A stretch of DNA of 64,000 bases from an uncultured Collinsella sp. Its GTDB lineage: Bacteria; Actinomycetota; Coriobacteriia; Coriobacteriales; Coriobacteriaceae. Each line of letters starts with the position of its first letter. Within the stretch, counting starts at the first letter, position 1. Under the pieces are notes generated by a model. That model ran no database searches and was not told the origin of the DNA. It worked only from the letters and a program-made list of their open reading frames with translations. Shown in pieces: positions 63,680 through 64,000 of this stretch. The stretch is from positions 7,462 through 71,461 of the forward strand of contig UQKY01000003.1 in assembly GCA_900541785.1 (NCBI GenBank), written 5' to 3'. Made by a program: the position numbers and the translations under genes.

Positions 63680-64000
63680 CACTCGTCGCCTCCGCTCTTT
63701 TTGCCGCGCGCCGTGGCGGGAATCGTCAAGCTGACCGTTCCCTTTCCCGAGGCTCCCAGCAATTCCTTGACATCTTCGGGGTCTGCCGCCAGCGTCACCC
63801 ACTCGATCTTGCCTTCACGCGTGGTGCCGGCATCTTCGCTGGTATCGATCACGTACGCGCCGCACAAACGATCGGTCACGCCATCTTTTTGCACGTACAC
63901 ATCCACATAGCTGCCCACGCCCGTGGCGCCGCCGACCGAGTGCTCGGCATCGACCGCCACCGAAACGGCAACCTTGCCTTTAGGCACCTCGAGCTTGTGG
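63679..64000 (-). CDS. CpaB/RcpC-like protein, C-terminal part (gene continues beyond the window)
   Basis: The C-terminal beta-rich region ...VSVAVDAEHSVGG...GKIEWVTLAADPEDV...GTVSLTIPA is compatible with a CpaB C-terminal domain. It is truncated by the window edge. Confidence 0.35.
   Translation of the reverse strand, partial: HKLEVPKGKVAVSVAVDAEHSVGGATGVGSYVDVYVQKDGVTDRLCGAYVIDTSEDAGTTREGKIEWVTLAADPEDVKELLGASGKGTVSLTIPATARGKKSGGDE

Overview
High-GC actinobacterial chromosome segment; the gene families look Coriobacteriia-like (Collinsella/Olsenella), though that is a weak guess. The window is dominated by minus-strand genes and is a mosaic of housekeeping and accessory loci. The main blocks, in window order, are below.

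- **1-9.3 kb:** ptsH, an APC permease, and a lactose module (GH2 beta-galactosidase, EbgC/YhcH-like protein, divergent LacI regulator with three operator-like palindromes), then aspS.
- **9.4-14.9 kb:** serB and a partial lar (lactate racemase) cluster: larB, a C-terminally truncated larC, a TetR regulator, a LarD-like aquaglyceroporin and larA. No larE is visible.
- **12.7 kb and 15.5-15.9 kb:** a conserved, covarying palindromic repeat element flanking larD-larA, the second site a tandem array.
- **15.9-23.2 kb:** ppc, hisS, an M20 amidohydrolase and an EamA transporter.
- **23.4-28.4 kb:** two translationally coupled YhgE/Pip membrane proteins.
- **28.8-40.6 kb:** htpG, a GNAT, an orphan CpsC/CpsD/CpsB module, a PhoR/PhoB-like two-component system with an orphan pstB, and a VanRS-like two-component system next to a D,D-carboxypeptidase.
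- **40.7-43.6 kb:** an 813-aa uncharacterised protein bracketed by tRNA-Ser and tRNA-Arg.
- **43.7-54.6 kb:** serS, proC, rlmH, an SPFH protein, tRNA-Leu with a duplicated 3'-end/terminator segment, tatD, rsmA, metG, rsmI, a GH5 hydrolase and tRNA-Phe.
- **54.7-64.0 kb:** a complete Tad/Flp pilus locus with two Flp pilins.

Many long ORFs antisense to these genes are high-GC shadow ORFs and were rejected. No CRISPR array, IS element or prophage was seen.
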